This document shows positions 37,701 through 49,235 of a stretch of 64,000 nt of DNA, in pieces; the stretch's first letter is position 1; every line of letters begins with the position of its first letter. Made by a program: the position numbers and the translations under genes. This stretch comes from Iphione sp. A-MEVVRFRX5 (lineage: Eukaryota). The stretch covers positions 93,000,001-93,064,000 of the forward strand of contig OZ320313.1 in the NCBI GenBank assembly GCA_976226885.1, in the 5' to 3' direction. The notes under the pieces are model-generated. The model had not been told where the DNA came from. It did no database searches and saw nothing but the letters and a program-made list of their open reading frames with translations.

Positions 37701-39779
37701 CTGTCAAGTGATGTGGACCTACTTCGACCGTGTCGGCTCACTTCTCGAGCCCACGTGACGTGCATCATGAAGCGCCTGGATTGGCGAGCTGCTTCAGACG
37801 ACGCCCTAGAGGTGGCGCGTCCACCCCTTCCCTGAAGGTGACGTGAAGGATGCCGCTGACCGATAGGACTTTCTGGAGTACACCACAAAAATCGGGGATT
37901 CGTTTATGTCATTTGTCGTTCTTAGGTTTGTAATTACATCGGGTATTATGTACGTTTTGTTTAAAATAAATTTTCATTTGTTGCACAGTGCATCCCAAAG
38001 CGTTCAGTACTTTACAAGAGATTAAGAACAAAGGAAACAGCAGAGCCGTACCGAAGTGGACACCCCGCAGGAATACCCAGCCATCTCTGGAAAGTAGTGG
38101 CTGTTTCAACTAAACAGTTGCCACGGAGATTTGTGTCATAGGGCTGTATACTAATTCAGGGTACAAAGGTGGACACTCCCGTTACCAAACCCCCCCCCCC
38201 CACCCCCCAAACAAAAGAAGACGGATCTGGAGAAAGTAGTGGCTGTTTCAACTAAAGAATCGCTAGGGAGATTTGCGTACTGTATATCAAATAAGGGTAC
38301 AACCTGTCTGTCTATCCATGACACCCAAATGAAGTGGGTCAAAAAGTAGAATAAGACGCGTTTATTTCTATATATGACTTCAAACAGATAACCAGTAACC
38401 TGGCCAAATTATCTTATCGATCAGTAATATCTCGAGACCAACACAGGCGTGTCCTCCAGAGTAAAAGACCCCGAACAGTCTGATTGAAAAAAAGAAAAAA
38501 AAAGTCTAGATACTACAGGCTTGTGATACGTCAGGTATCGGGGGGGAAAGTTTGTCACACGACAGTTTCAATGCCATTTGTTGACACTGGAACTTTTGAT
38601 CATGCTTGCGAGAATGAAGAGACCCGATATAGAGATGTTGTCGACAGGTTTGTAATAATGAATTCCGATGTTCTGTCCTTTGCCATGTTTTCTTAATTTG
38701 CATGCACCGCGCATTCTCTGTTTTCGTATGTTGACGGGATATGCTCTCCCTGTTTTGAAATGTTAACGGGATTTCCATCCTATGTCAAGTCAAGTCATTC
38801 CAGGCACCACCTGATGCACACAATACAACTCCAAAACAACATACAATAGAGTAATTAAACAATGGAATGATGCCAAGATTCATGCAGTACATTATGATAC
38901 AATTTTATATACAGTTTCAAGAGAGAAGTTATTAGACAAAGGAAGGACAAACTGATTGTGCTTAGTTAAAAAGTTTGTAGAACATGACTGCGATTAGTTA
39001 AATGGTACCTAGCACATGAATTTGGCCTATTTAGATAGTTACCATGTCAGTAAATATAGAATCACTTCAACCAGTCCACTACTCTAATTATTAAACAATG
39101 ATAGCTGCTACCAGTCACACAATGCATGTATGATACAGCCCCGACTGAAGACAAGCCAAAGGGCTGATGTCGGTTTGCTGTTTTTAAAAGAAATAGAAAA
39201 AGTGCATCTTTGCTAGCTAAAAGGTTTCAGCCCCCTACTAAAATAACAAGTCTTAACCTGTTAAAGATAAATCTTCGAAAAAGTTTTACGTCGGCTTTTT
39301 ACTAAAGAATATGTAAAAAATTGAATCCACAGATGACACGCATCTAACTCAAAAGTAGATAACGCTAATAAGAACATTTTCCAATAAATGAATTGAATGG
39401 TGTATGGAAGGAACATTGATTCAGAAAGAGAGATTAGCTCGGAGTTGTATATTTAACAGTCGGTGACAATATCCATGGGTGATGATAACTAGTATGTGCA
39501 CCAGGGTATTTTTGTACGATAAATGCAGCTTACATTGGATTCTCATATAGTGCAGTGAATTTTAAACTCGAAATAATGAAAAGAAGAAAGCACTACAAAT
39601 AGAATAGAATAGAAGAGTTTTAACACAACGAGCTGTCTGTTAGACGGGGCATGAAGAGACACCAGTTGAAGGAGGGCCGGATGCATTTCCTTTGTGGTTT
39701 GACAGTTTCAGTAGGTTGGGGGTGGGGGTGGGGGTAGATGTTTGTGATGTTAACAGCTCATCACGAGAAGTATGAGGAT

Positions 39780-40030
39780 AGCTGGGACCATTTCTTGGGA
39801 GTGGAGATGACGTCACAGTGGCTGATAAGCCTGGTACCCTTACCCGTATGCAGGGCAGGGTGACAAGTGTAGAGGTGAAAGACAGCGGACTTCTCTCTTT
39901 GAGCTTTTGTACTGTTTAATCCCATAATAATTATTTGGCAATGTTTCCCATGCTAGTTCTGATATTATCATGAGTACATATGTAATCTATCTTTACATGA
40001 AGTGCTTATGTCAAAATTATCATTAGTTTT
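39780..40030 (+). repeat. Dispersed ~250-bp repeat, copy 1 (copy 2 at 51310-51550)
   Basis: Shared tcacagtgg...gataag, ctctctttga, cccataataattatttggca and tcaaaattatcattagttt in the same order. Confidence 0.8.
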
Positions 40031-40412
40031 TCTTTCATATAATTTACACATAATACATATATTTCTCCTGACATTGTCGTTTTATTGTTGGACATTGTCT
40101 TGTATTTGTATTCCAGGCTATGTCAACCGATAAGATGATGGTTGGAATCAATAAAATCTATTATTATTATTAAAAGATTTCAAAATTCAAAATGGATATG
40201 AGTTAAAGCAACATGAAGTTTTTACCTGCTCAATATTTATATCCCTAGTCAGCAACTTATTGTTAGATAGTAAATCACTATGTACACCACTCTGTAATGT
40301 TTCAGTATCAATATGTCAACTATTTCCCTTTTGGGACTCCATACTATCTAATCAACTTTTACAACCAAACTTCTATAATAATACATGTGTAGTTATATAT
40401 GTATAATAATCA

Positions 40413-41040
40413 TTATATAGCAATAATGTTTATATAATGATATTTTAATATTTTTTATATGCAACTGACAACTCATCATGTACTACAATATACATGGCAT
40501 TATATGTCTAGCTAGCAGTACTAACATGTATTAATCATTATTAACCAACTGGTTAGGCAGGCCATCTGAAAAAACAACAAATATGTAAAAAAATTTCAGC
40601 TGTTCATTAATCAACTAGATACATATTTAAGCCAGAATGAAGCTCAACCTGTTTTTAAAAACCCAACCATTACGGTAACTCACTACCTCTCCACTCAGAG
40701 AGTACAGGCTGAGGCACTCCTCCTACACAGAAAGGTCCATGATGATGTCAGTTCCTGTTTCACAGACTCCGTGATGAAGTCGTCAGGCTGGGTTTTAAAA
40801 ACAGGTTGAGCTTCATTCTGGCTTAAATATGTATCTAGTTGGTTAATGAACAGCTGAAATTTTTTTACATATTTGTTGTTTTTTCAGATGGCCTGCCTAA
40901 CCAGTTGGTTAATAATGATTAATACATGTTAGTACTGCTAGCTAGACATATAATGCCATGTATATTGTAGTACATGATGAGTTGTCAGTTGCATATAAAA
41001 AATATTAAAATATCATTATATAAACATTATTGCTATATAA
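40413..41040. repeat. Near-perfect ~250-bp inverted repeat (arms 40413-40665 and 40789-41040, 123-bp spacer)
   Basis: The arms are reverse complements apart from about one substitution and one homopolymer indel seen by eye. Confidence 0.95.
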
Positions 41041-44000
41041 CTGAGCCTGGGAAATCATTCTCAATTAATTTTATTGAACCTTGCCTACTTTTTCCTAGTT
41101 TGTTTAATGAAGTTAAAGATGTCTCTTGATATCCATTTGGGGATAAAAATCATTGATAGCTGTCTGCTTTGTAAGACAGCAAACAGCTGAGCTGGCATGT
41201 TTGTTGCTGCCGTTTTGTTCTGTGTGGATTTCATGCAAGAGTTTATTCTAATGTGTTTTTTGTATTATAAACTCTGAAAAATATTTTGACCTAGATACAC
41301 AAAAAGTGGTCTTTGTTGAAAATATTTTTACGTACAAACATACACTAAATATGTGAAAGAAATCTCACCCAAGCCATTTAAAACATTTCCATCATTGACT
41401 TAGTCTAAAATTAGCATAATTCACTCCCACTAGTAATGCAACTTCACTTGTCGAGCCAAGGGTAAGAACCCGGACATATGCCATCCCTACTACTGCAGTT
41501 GAGAGGGCTGAGCATAATACAAAGGGTTGTATCCCCAGCTGCCAGTTGATGTGTGAGCCCCTGTCAACACTCTTGCTTTAATTTTAGTATATTAGCAATC
41601 ATGTGCCCTCATGAGAAATCATGACTGACAAAACTACTCACAATACTGATACAGGGTCTACCCCTCTGGTAAAGAGAAAGGTACAGCAAAGTCTAACCTA
41701 GACAAAGGCAGACAACCAGACAAAGTGAAGACCACTCTTGCATCAAAGATACGGGCTCAAGAACCCACTGCAATTATGTTGCACATCTTTATATACCTTT
41801 ACCAGACTCAGCTAGTAACTACCAGGATTCTTAGAAAGAAAGGCTGGCCTCTGCTTACATTTCAAGGGGAGATCTAGTCTTTTGTGGATGCAGTCAGTAG
41901 TGGCTTTTCAAGCCTTTAATATGAGGATGATGTGTCCAGTGACATTATCCCTGCTGATCAAGTTTTTATGGATGAAGATTCTGGGGATGAGGTAGTACAA
42001 CTTGTTTCCAGCCTATTCCCCTGCCTAAGCACCTCTCATCAGGTCTCTGACGATGATGAAGAGTTTCCAATGTATTTCTTAGGAGAATACCAACAGCAAA
42101 TTAATAAAGACAAATTAGTGGGCTCAGATGCTCCCAAAGATGTAGAAGAGTTTGTAAACAAAGCACAGCTCAGATCAGGGGACAAAACCAAACTAAACAA
42201 GAACAAAGTAGCCTATCCAAGACCAGCAAACAGGGGGCCGCGTCTAACAAATATATAATATGAACCTGTGTGGCCCACACTCTATGAGGGACACACACAG
42301 ACAAATACCATATCTCCTAAAGGTTCAAGTTATGATGCATCTAGGGGCAGCTGCTCTAGTTCAAGGCACTACTCAACTTATGAAAGTGACACAAAAGGAT
42401 TTGTCTCTTCAACTAGTGCTTAACAGTTTGTTTGATGTTCTGAATACTTTTATAGAATATATTTATAGAGGTGCTAAGAGCAAGTTTTATTAAAGCCCAA
42501 AGAAATGACACCTGCTATGTGTTGAAGGATGAATATAAGCAGTTAAGCTCAGAGGAGTATTCACTGTTGTACAAACTGTTGTTTGGAGACAATTTGGAGG
42601 TGTCTCTCAAATTGCTGGAAACCATACACAAGCTCCTCAAGAGCGGAGCAAGACCAGGAAGGCAGATGGAGAGAAGTTCAGACATGGAGATTATAGACAT
42701 GTCAGATTATAGACATATAGACATGGTACGGGAAGATATCATCCATACAGGTCCTACCCCCTCCCCCCACCCCAATGGTCACTATCAGTATCCAAGTGGT
42801 GTGTCTCAGTCCTCTGACTCATCACCTGAACAAAGGCTAGGACTGTGGCATAAGGAATTGCAAGAAGTAGCTCCAAATGGTTTTGTTGCTGACAGATTAG
42901 CACAGAAGGTTAATATTTGGGAATGCTTCTCTTCAGATTCCAAAGTTTTAAACATTGTGGAATCACATTAGACTTTCACTGCCAACCACTGCTTAGACAT
43001 TCCCTTAAAGCATTACATTTCGTTGATGTTGAATTTGACAAGGTTAATGAAGCAGTGGAGAACCTACTGCAATAAGGAGGCATTGTTCCTGATTTCCCTC
43101 CTGCACCTTACCAGTAGATCATTTTTTTTGGAGAAGAAAGCCAGATGGGTATCTTCACATAATTTTTTGCCTGATCAGAATTGAGTAAATTCATGACTTT
43201 TATCCATTTTAAGATGGATACTTTCCAGTCAGTACCACAGACCCTCTACAAGGGTTAGTGGAAGACCTCAGTGGACCTTAAGAGCACATACCACATGGTG
43301 CCCATTCATCCTGATTATCAAAAGTTCTTTGCATTCTGTTAAGTTAATGAGGCCATATGGTCAACCTCTATCCCTTGGCTAGTGGGGGTTTCCCCTTAAG
43401 CTCAGATGGTTAGGTGTTGGCCTCTCAGGTCTCAGGTTCAATTCCCCACTGGTGTTAGCTCTCCAAGACCGGAAAAGTCTTCATAAACTAAATTCTCATG
43501 GAATGGCAGTAATTTTAGGTATGTGGTTATGGCACTCAGCCTAATGTCAGTGCCAAGACTCTCCACCAAGCTGCCATTAGCCACTTTATGTGAACAAGGA
43601 CATGATGTCTTTTCTTATCTTGACAATCTGTTGATAGTGGCTCCCTTATCAATGAGATGCTCTGATTTAGTTTTCATGCTCACTGACCTATTGGTTGAGT
43701 TGGGGTTTGATGTTATGTAGAAGAAGCCTTCTTCTCTTCCAGTATTCCTGTGTTACTGTCTGAAATTATTAGCTATGACGATTTCTCCACCGCAGTCCAA
43801 AGGTGACAAGGTTATTCCTTGCATTGGAGAAGCCCATCTAGGAGGTTCCTTCTCCATTGGACATTTTACTTTACTCACGGGACCCTCATGGACCCAATGA
43901 AAGCAGCCCAAAATAGACTGGGACATGATAAAATGTTGGAAAAATTCTTGCTTTGCTTAAAAACAGCAAGAACTTGAAGCCCTACTGACTCTTTCCGTAG

Positions 44001-44852
44001 ACAGTAGAGCGGACCTGGTCAAGTGGCTTAGAAACATCCAATCCATTTTCAGACCAATCAGAATTCACTCATCTAAGGAGTTCATGTTTACTGACACTTC
44101 CAACTTGGGAGTAGTAACCAGTCACACTTTCAGGGTAGGAAAATGGTACCTGTGGAGCACAATTGGCATATCAATGGACTTGAATTGAAAGCCATGTGGT
44201 TAGGCTCTGATATGTTGTCTGTTTCCCAACACCAGTTTGAGGTTCTAATCTGGTCTGACACTACTATTGTTGTGGCCTACAGCAGTATACAAGGTGGAAC
44301 CAAGTCTCTACTTTGCAACAATCTGGCAAGAAAAACTTTTTTAGCTTTTTAGAGGAACAGCAAGCCTGAGCAGTTATGCCACATATTCCAGGTGTGGACA
44401 ATGTTGAATCTGATTCACATCACACACAATTTCAATGACAACATGGAATGGCAACTAGATCCATCACTGTTCAAGATCATTGTGGATTCCTGGAAGTACC
44501 CTGATATACACCTGTTTGCTTCCAGAGCTACAACCCAAATTGAATCGCATGTCAGTTGGAGACCAGATCTGGACACCAAATTGATGGATGCCTTCTCTTG
44601 TGATTGGAAACAAATTCATTTTATATAGTTGTTCCCTCCTTTTCCCTTTATATCCATAGTACTTTAGAGACATGAACCAATGAAGGTTGTTAGACGTGGT
44701 AAGGCTTCCTCTCTCTGTGGCTACTGAGTTGTGTCTGTATGCAGCCAGTAGTGGTTCCCCCTTAAATATTTGTTTTGTTGTTTGGTTGCCATTGGTCACC
44801 TGGGTTAGGTCTCACTATAATGAATGGGGTCCATGTAAGCATTTATTAGATC

Positions 44853-44895
44853 ACAGGTTCCTTCGGTTTCGACTGCGTAGTCTCATCAGGCCTAA
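44853..44895 (-). ncRNA. Hammerhead-ribozyme-like core in the Penelope 3' pseudo-LTR
   Basis: - strand reads uaggc-CUGAUGA-GACU-acgc-AGUC-GAAA-ccgaaggaaccug. Core and stem II are canonical; the stem III/NUH triplet is non-canonical. Confidence 0.6.
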
Positions 44896-44993
44896 ATTAT
44901 AGGTGAATTGACATTGGATCCAGGTTGAACATATATGTTTATATGTAGTGGAAAATCACTGATACTCTCCTTATTGAAGAGTATCTGATTTTT

Positions 44994-45605
44994 TTATGAC
45001 GAGGTCAGGGATCCTGTGTATTCACCATCCATTATGTTCAATCCGTGCGGGGAGATGCTTTTGAGTTTATACATCCATTTCAATTCATGTTTGTTCCTGA
45101 GTGTTTTAGACAGCTCATCTTTTGGTGAAACATGGATAAATTCTAGGATGCTTATGCTCAAGTTTTCACTGTATGCATGTATGGAGTTGAAGTGTTCTGT
45201 TATCAAGTTTTTTCCTTTGTGGTTCTTTATGTCATACAGGTGGTTTTTAAATCTTTCTTTAAGCTTGTTTTTTGTTTGTCCTACATATGTCAGGTTGCAT
45301 TCTTTGCAGCTGATTGCGTATATAATGTTGCTGCTGTTACATGAGACGTTAATCTTGGTCTCGTATTGTCGTTTGGTGTTCCTCTCTGTTATCTTCCCGG
45401 TCTTGTTGATCAGGGGGCAATACCTGCAATTCTTCATGTTGCAATTGTTATTATGTCCTTTCGTTTTTTGGTCATAGTCAAGGTACCTTGCTCTGACTAG
45501 AGTATCCCTTAGATTTTTCGGTCTCTTGTATGCTATTAATATACCATGTTCACTAATGTGTTTTGTGGTCTGTGATCTCTTGAGTAGATCCCAGTTATTC
45601 CTCAC
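44994..45605 (-). pseudogene. Penelope GIY-YIG endonuclease region (frameshifted from the RT part near 45605-45620)
   Basis: IYAISC..C..YVGQT...L.ERF.NH...HFNS..H motif. Confidence 0.9.
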
Positions 45606-46839
45606 TATTTTTTCGGTCTCATTATCTTCTGGATGTAAGTGGTAACTGAGATATTGGGGTGGTCCCTGGTCTCTTTAGGTGGAGGGTTAAGTAATTCTTC
45701 TCTATTCTTTTTCGAAGCTTCATGTAGTGCTCTTGCTACTGTGTCCATGGGGTAACCCCTATCTAAAATTGCTCTGGCTTTTGATAGTCCATGTCGCACG
45801 AAGTCTTTTTCGTCGGAGCAGATTCTCTTTATTCTTAGGAACTGACTGTATGGTATATTCTTTTTCATTCTTAATGGGTGCGATGACTCATAGTGTAAGA
45901 TCCTGTTGACGTCTGTCGGTTTTGTATATAAGTCTGTGGTGAGCTTGGCAGTTTTATCTAATTTTACTATTGTGTCCAAGAATTCTACTTCTTCTTCTGA
46001 TGTTTTTACAGAGAACTTTATGTTGGGTTCGCTGTTTTGCAATATGTTAATGAATGAACCAATGAACCAATGAAGGTGATCCTGGTAGTCCCTCATGGGC
46101 AAGCACAAAGGTGGAAAGGGTGCCTTCGGCAACACTGTCTGCAAGCTATGTTCCAGTTCCCAGCCTGACCAGACAACCTTGTAAACTTTTACAAGGACAA
46201 GAAGCTCAGGACAGCAATACAACACCACCCATGGCAGCACTTCTTAAGCAACATTGACATGTCTTTAACTCGAAACCCTTCGCAGAAGTACGTGATGCAT
46301 TACTCAAGCAGTTCTTCCAAACTGCAATATGGATCCTTCCAAGATTGATGGCACACATTTTACATCATGAGAAATGTTGACCTGCTGAAGCCCAAACTTG
46401 AGCAGGGGTTGATGTTTCTGCATTAGTTGTTTAAGTCTAGTTGTAGCTACAGTGCCCTCAACACAGCTATAAGTATGCTCTCTACGCTTCTTAGGAAATA
46501 TGGGAAGGTCCCCTCAGTCCAACATTGGCTGACAAATAGGTTTATGGCAGGGGTGTTCAACCTTTGTCCTCCTTAGTTGTCCTTAGTCACCATAGGTCAT
46601 GGAGTGGTTACCTACTCCATCCTATCCCGTAAGAAGCTTACTTTGGAGACAATCATGCTTGTTCTGTTATGGTCTTGTGGTCAGCCAGAGACAGTTTGAA
46701 ACATTGATTTAGCTGATGTTGATAAAATAGGGACAAATCAGTACAGATTAACTTCTCACCCCGCTTAAAGCATAATAGAGTGGAGAAACAGCCTAGCGAT
46801 ATAGTTTTGGTACCTTTCAATCAGGAATCATCTGTGTTA

Positions 46840-49235
46840 AAAAAAGATATTGTGATGGTTGTTCGGTTATTCTGACATGCAGACATCCAGTCATAGCGGA
46901 CATTTAGATATCCGGACAATAGAATGTTTGGACAATGGTTTGGACATTTATTGGATATGAATTTAAGAAAGCAAGTAAGATGGCATTATATGATTCAGAC
47001 AATAGTTCAGTAGCATAATACCAGATTGAGACAACGTTATGTTACAGTTTATTCGTAAGAAAACATTATGTTACTATTCATAATCAATGGAGGTCATATC
47101 TGCTGCAGATCAGGTGTAAGGTCAGCAGATAGGATGACCTCCATTATATGCAGCCACGAATCCAGAAAAAGTGGGAGGAGCCTGTTCTTTGATGTTAGAG
47201 CCAAATTGGAGGCTGAGTCTCCAGTACTACTTTATTTGAAGCCCTATGGGAATCCCTATGTTGGAATTAGATCTTGTTTTTCTTTCAAGTTCAGTCTGGG
47301 TTGGAGGAGGCCAGAGCTGGAGGGAATCAGATAAGAGTGATTGACAGCTCTTAAAAGAGCTGGAGGGAACTGGGTGGGAGTGTCAAGAGCCAGCAGGATG
47401 CTCGCGGGGTGTTCTCTCACGCGACAACCTCGAATAGGCCAGGTGGGAGGGGTTAGTACTGAGTAGGACCCTCGCCGGGTGTCCCCTCACGTGACGACAT
47501 CGGATAGGCAAGGGCGGAGGGGGTTGTAAGGAGCAGAACACTGGCCGGGTGTTCCCTCGTGCGACAACCTAGAATAGGCAAGGGGGAGGGGGTTGTAAGG
47601 AGCAGAACGCTGGCCGGGGGACTCAGTCTCAGTCACGCTAAAAGTCGGCATTTAGCACGAAAATTAGTGAGAGCACTGGAGATTAGCTAGGTTACCTCAC
47701 TCACACTAAAAGTCGGCATTTAGCACGAAAATTAGAGAACACTGCAGATGTAACACAACTCAAGACGACACAGGTTTCCAAATTGGTTGATCTTTATTTC
47801 CGTAGGTAGACGTTACAAGGTGGCAGATCAGAGCTCTCCGAAAAGTAGTGAGGAGATCAGGTCTTTATATACAGATAGTTCACGACCCTGTGTCAGAGGT
47901 TAGCACCCTTCTGGTCATAGTTCCCAACCTTAGCACAAAGTTCGTGACATATCATAACCTTAGGTCAGAGTTCATTTGACCTTCGACCTGGGTGCATGTC
48001 CTGGGATCATGACCGGTCAAGAATCATATTAACCCCTGGTCCCACCCTAGCACCCTTTGATGATGGATGTAAAAGCTGTCAACACCCACCCTGGAAGTAC
48101 CTCGCAATCCTCTCTTCACTACAACATTGTATTTAGACTAACCTGTCACTTGTACATAGTTTATGAGGGTCTACTGGTGTGTGGGACGTTGGCTTCCAGA
48201 CTATCGGCAGCACCATGCCTTAACATGATACACCTGTTGTCTGGGAGGCAAGGATCCACGTTATAAGCTTATATCTGTACACTGTACAATAGAACTCTCT
48301 TTTTTTCACTTATTAAAAACATAACAATTAATAGAACATGTTCTCATTAAGAGGTTTACATATTACTTAATGATAATTTCATTATCAACAGGACTCAAGG
48401 TCAGCAATATAACACCACTGTGTTACACAGAGCTCCTTGGTAGCTTCAGTCACGCTAAAAGTCGGCATTTAGCGCCAAAATTAGCAAGAGAACACTGCAG
48501 AGCTCCTTAGTAGCTTCAGTCGCGCTAAAAGTCGGCATTTAGCGACAAAATTAGCAAGAGAACGACTGGAGAAAGTCTAGAGACTCCCTAGCAGTATTTT
48601 GGTCAGGACACGACAGGACAGGAGTGAGAACATAAGTAAGAATAAGATTGAGAACACGAGTGTCAGTAAGAACATGAAGAGAGCAGGAATATGAATGAGA
48701 ACACGAGTGTGAGTGAGAACATATTGGAGAGTATGAACATAGAGTGATTCAGTCAAAAGATGGGTAAAAAGAAAGAACTGTGATAACTTAGAAACTATTG
48801 TACATAGAAGGATGGGACTTCGACCAAAATACTCCAGGGCAATGGAAGCAGGTGATAGGGGGTGATCAGGGTGACCCGGTGTATGCATGTGTAAAGAGAA
48901 AAACTACAATATCTTGGCAACTATTAATTCACATGTACCATTTCAACATTATAGAGGAAGAATATGACCTCCATTTTCAGCCCTGGCTGCACCTGTTACT
49001 TGTTGGTGAAAATAGAGAGAGAGATCCTTGTACAGTATATAGATATAACTATGAACAGAAGGTTGCAAACTCCAACATAAGGGTCATGAACTATTGGTTA
49101 TAATGTCTGATTTCTCCAGACTATTTGGATAGCTTTCTCTTGCTACCTGTATGTGTCTACTCTGGTGCAATAAACCATCAACTAACCAGGAAACCTGTGT
49201 CATCCTGAGTTGTGTTACACCTCTTTTTGCATTGT
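46840..49235. mobile_element. Composite insertion splitting the DIRS copy 2 YR gene
   Basis: YR homology to copy 1 stops near 46835 and resumes near 49240. The insert has ~70-bp tandem repeats (47400-47620), four gtcacgctaaaagtcggcatttagc units (47630-47745, 48445-48565) and a YR remnant. Confidence 0.65.
48060..48430 (+). pseudogene. Tyrosine-recombinase C-terminal remnant, copy 2
   Basis: acatagtttatgag, taacatg, gaactctct and ctgtgttacac are shared in order with 7800-8130. Confidence 0.5.

Larger units (their letters stand above)
44688..46061 (-). mobile_element. 5'-truncated Penelope-like element (RT C-terminus plus GIY-YIG), nested in DIRS copy 2
   Basis: FLDTIVK...DLYTKPTDVNRILHYESSHP...NIPYSQFLRIKRICS, then NIIYAISCKECNLTYVGQTKNKLKERFKNH. 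Flanked by atgaaccaatgaaggt at 44672-44687 and 46062-46077. Confidence 0.92.

Noticed and set aside
47749-48288. Possible solo LTR on the - strand (TG...CA ends, AATAAA, TATA-like)
   Set aside because: No target duplication, primer-binding site or partner LTR could be identified, and half of it is better explained as a YR remnant.
47400-48565. Short repeated units resembling a CRISPR array
   Set aside because: Eukaryotic context, irregular spacing, no unique equal-length spacers and no cas genes. These are tandem repeats within a transposon insert.
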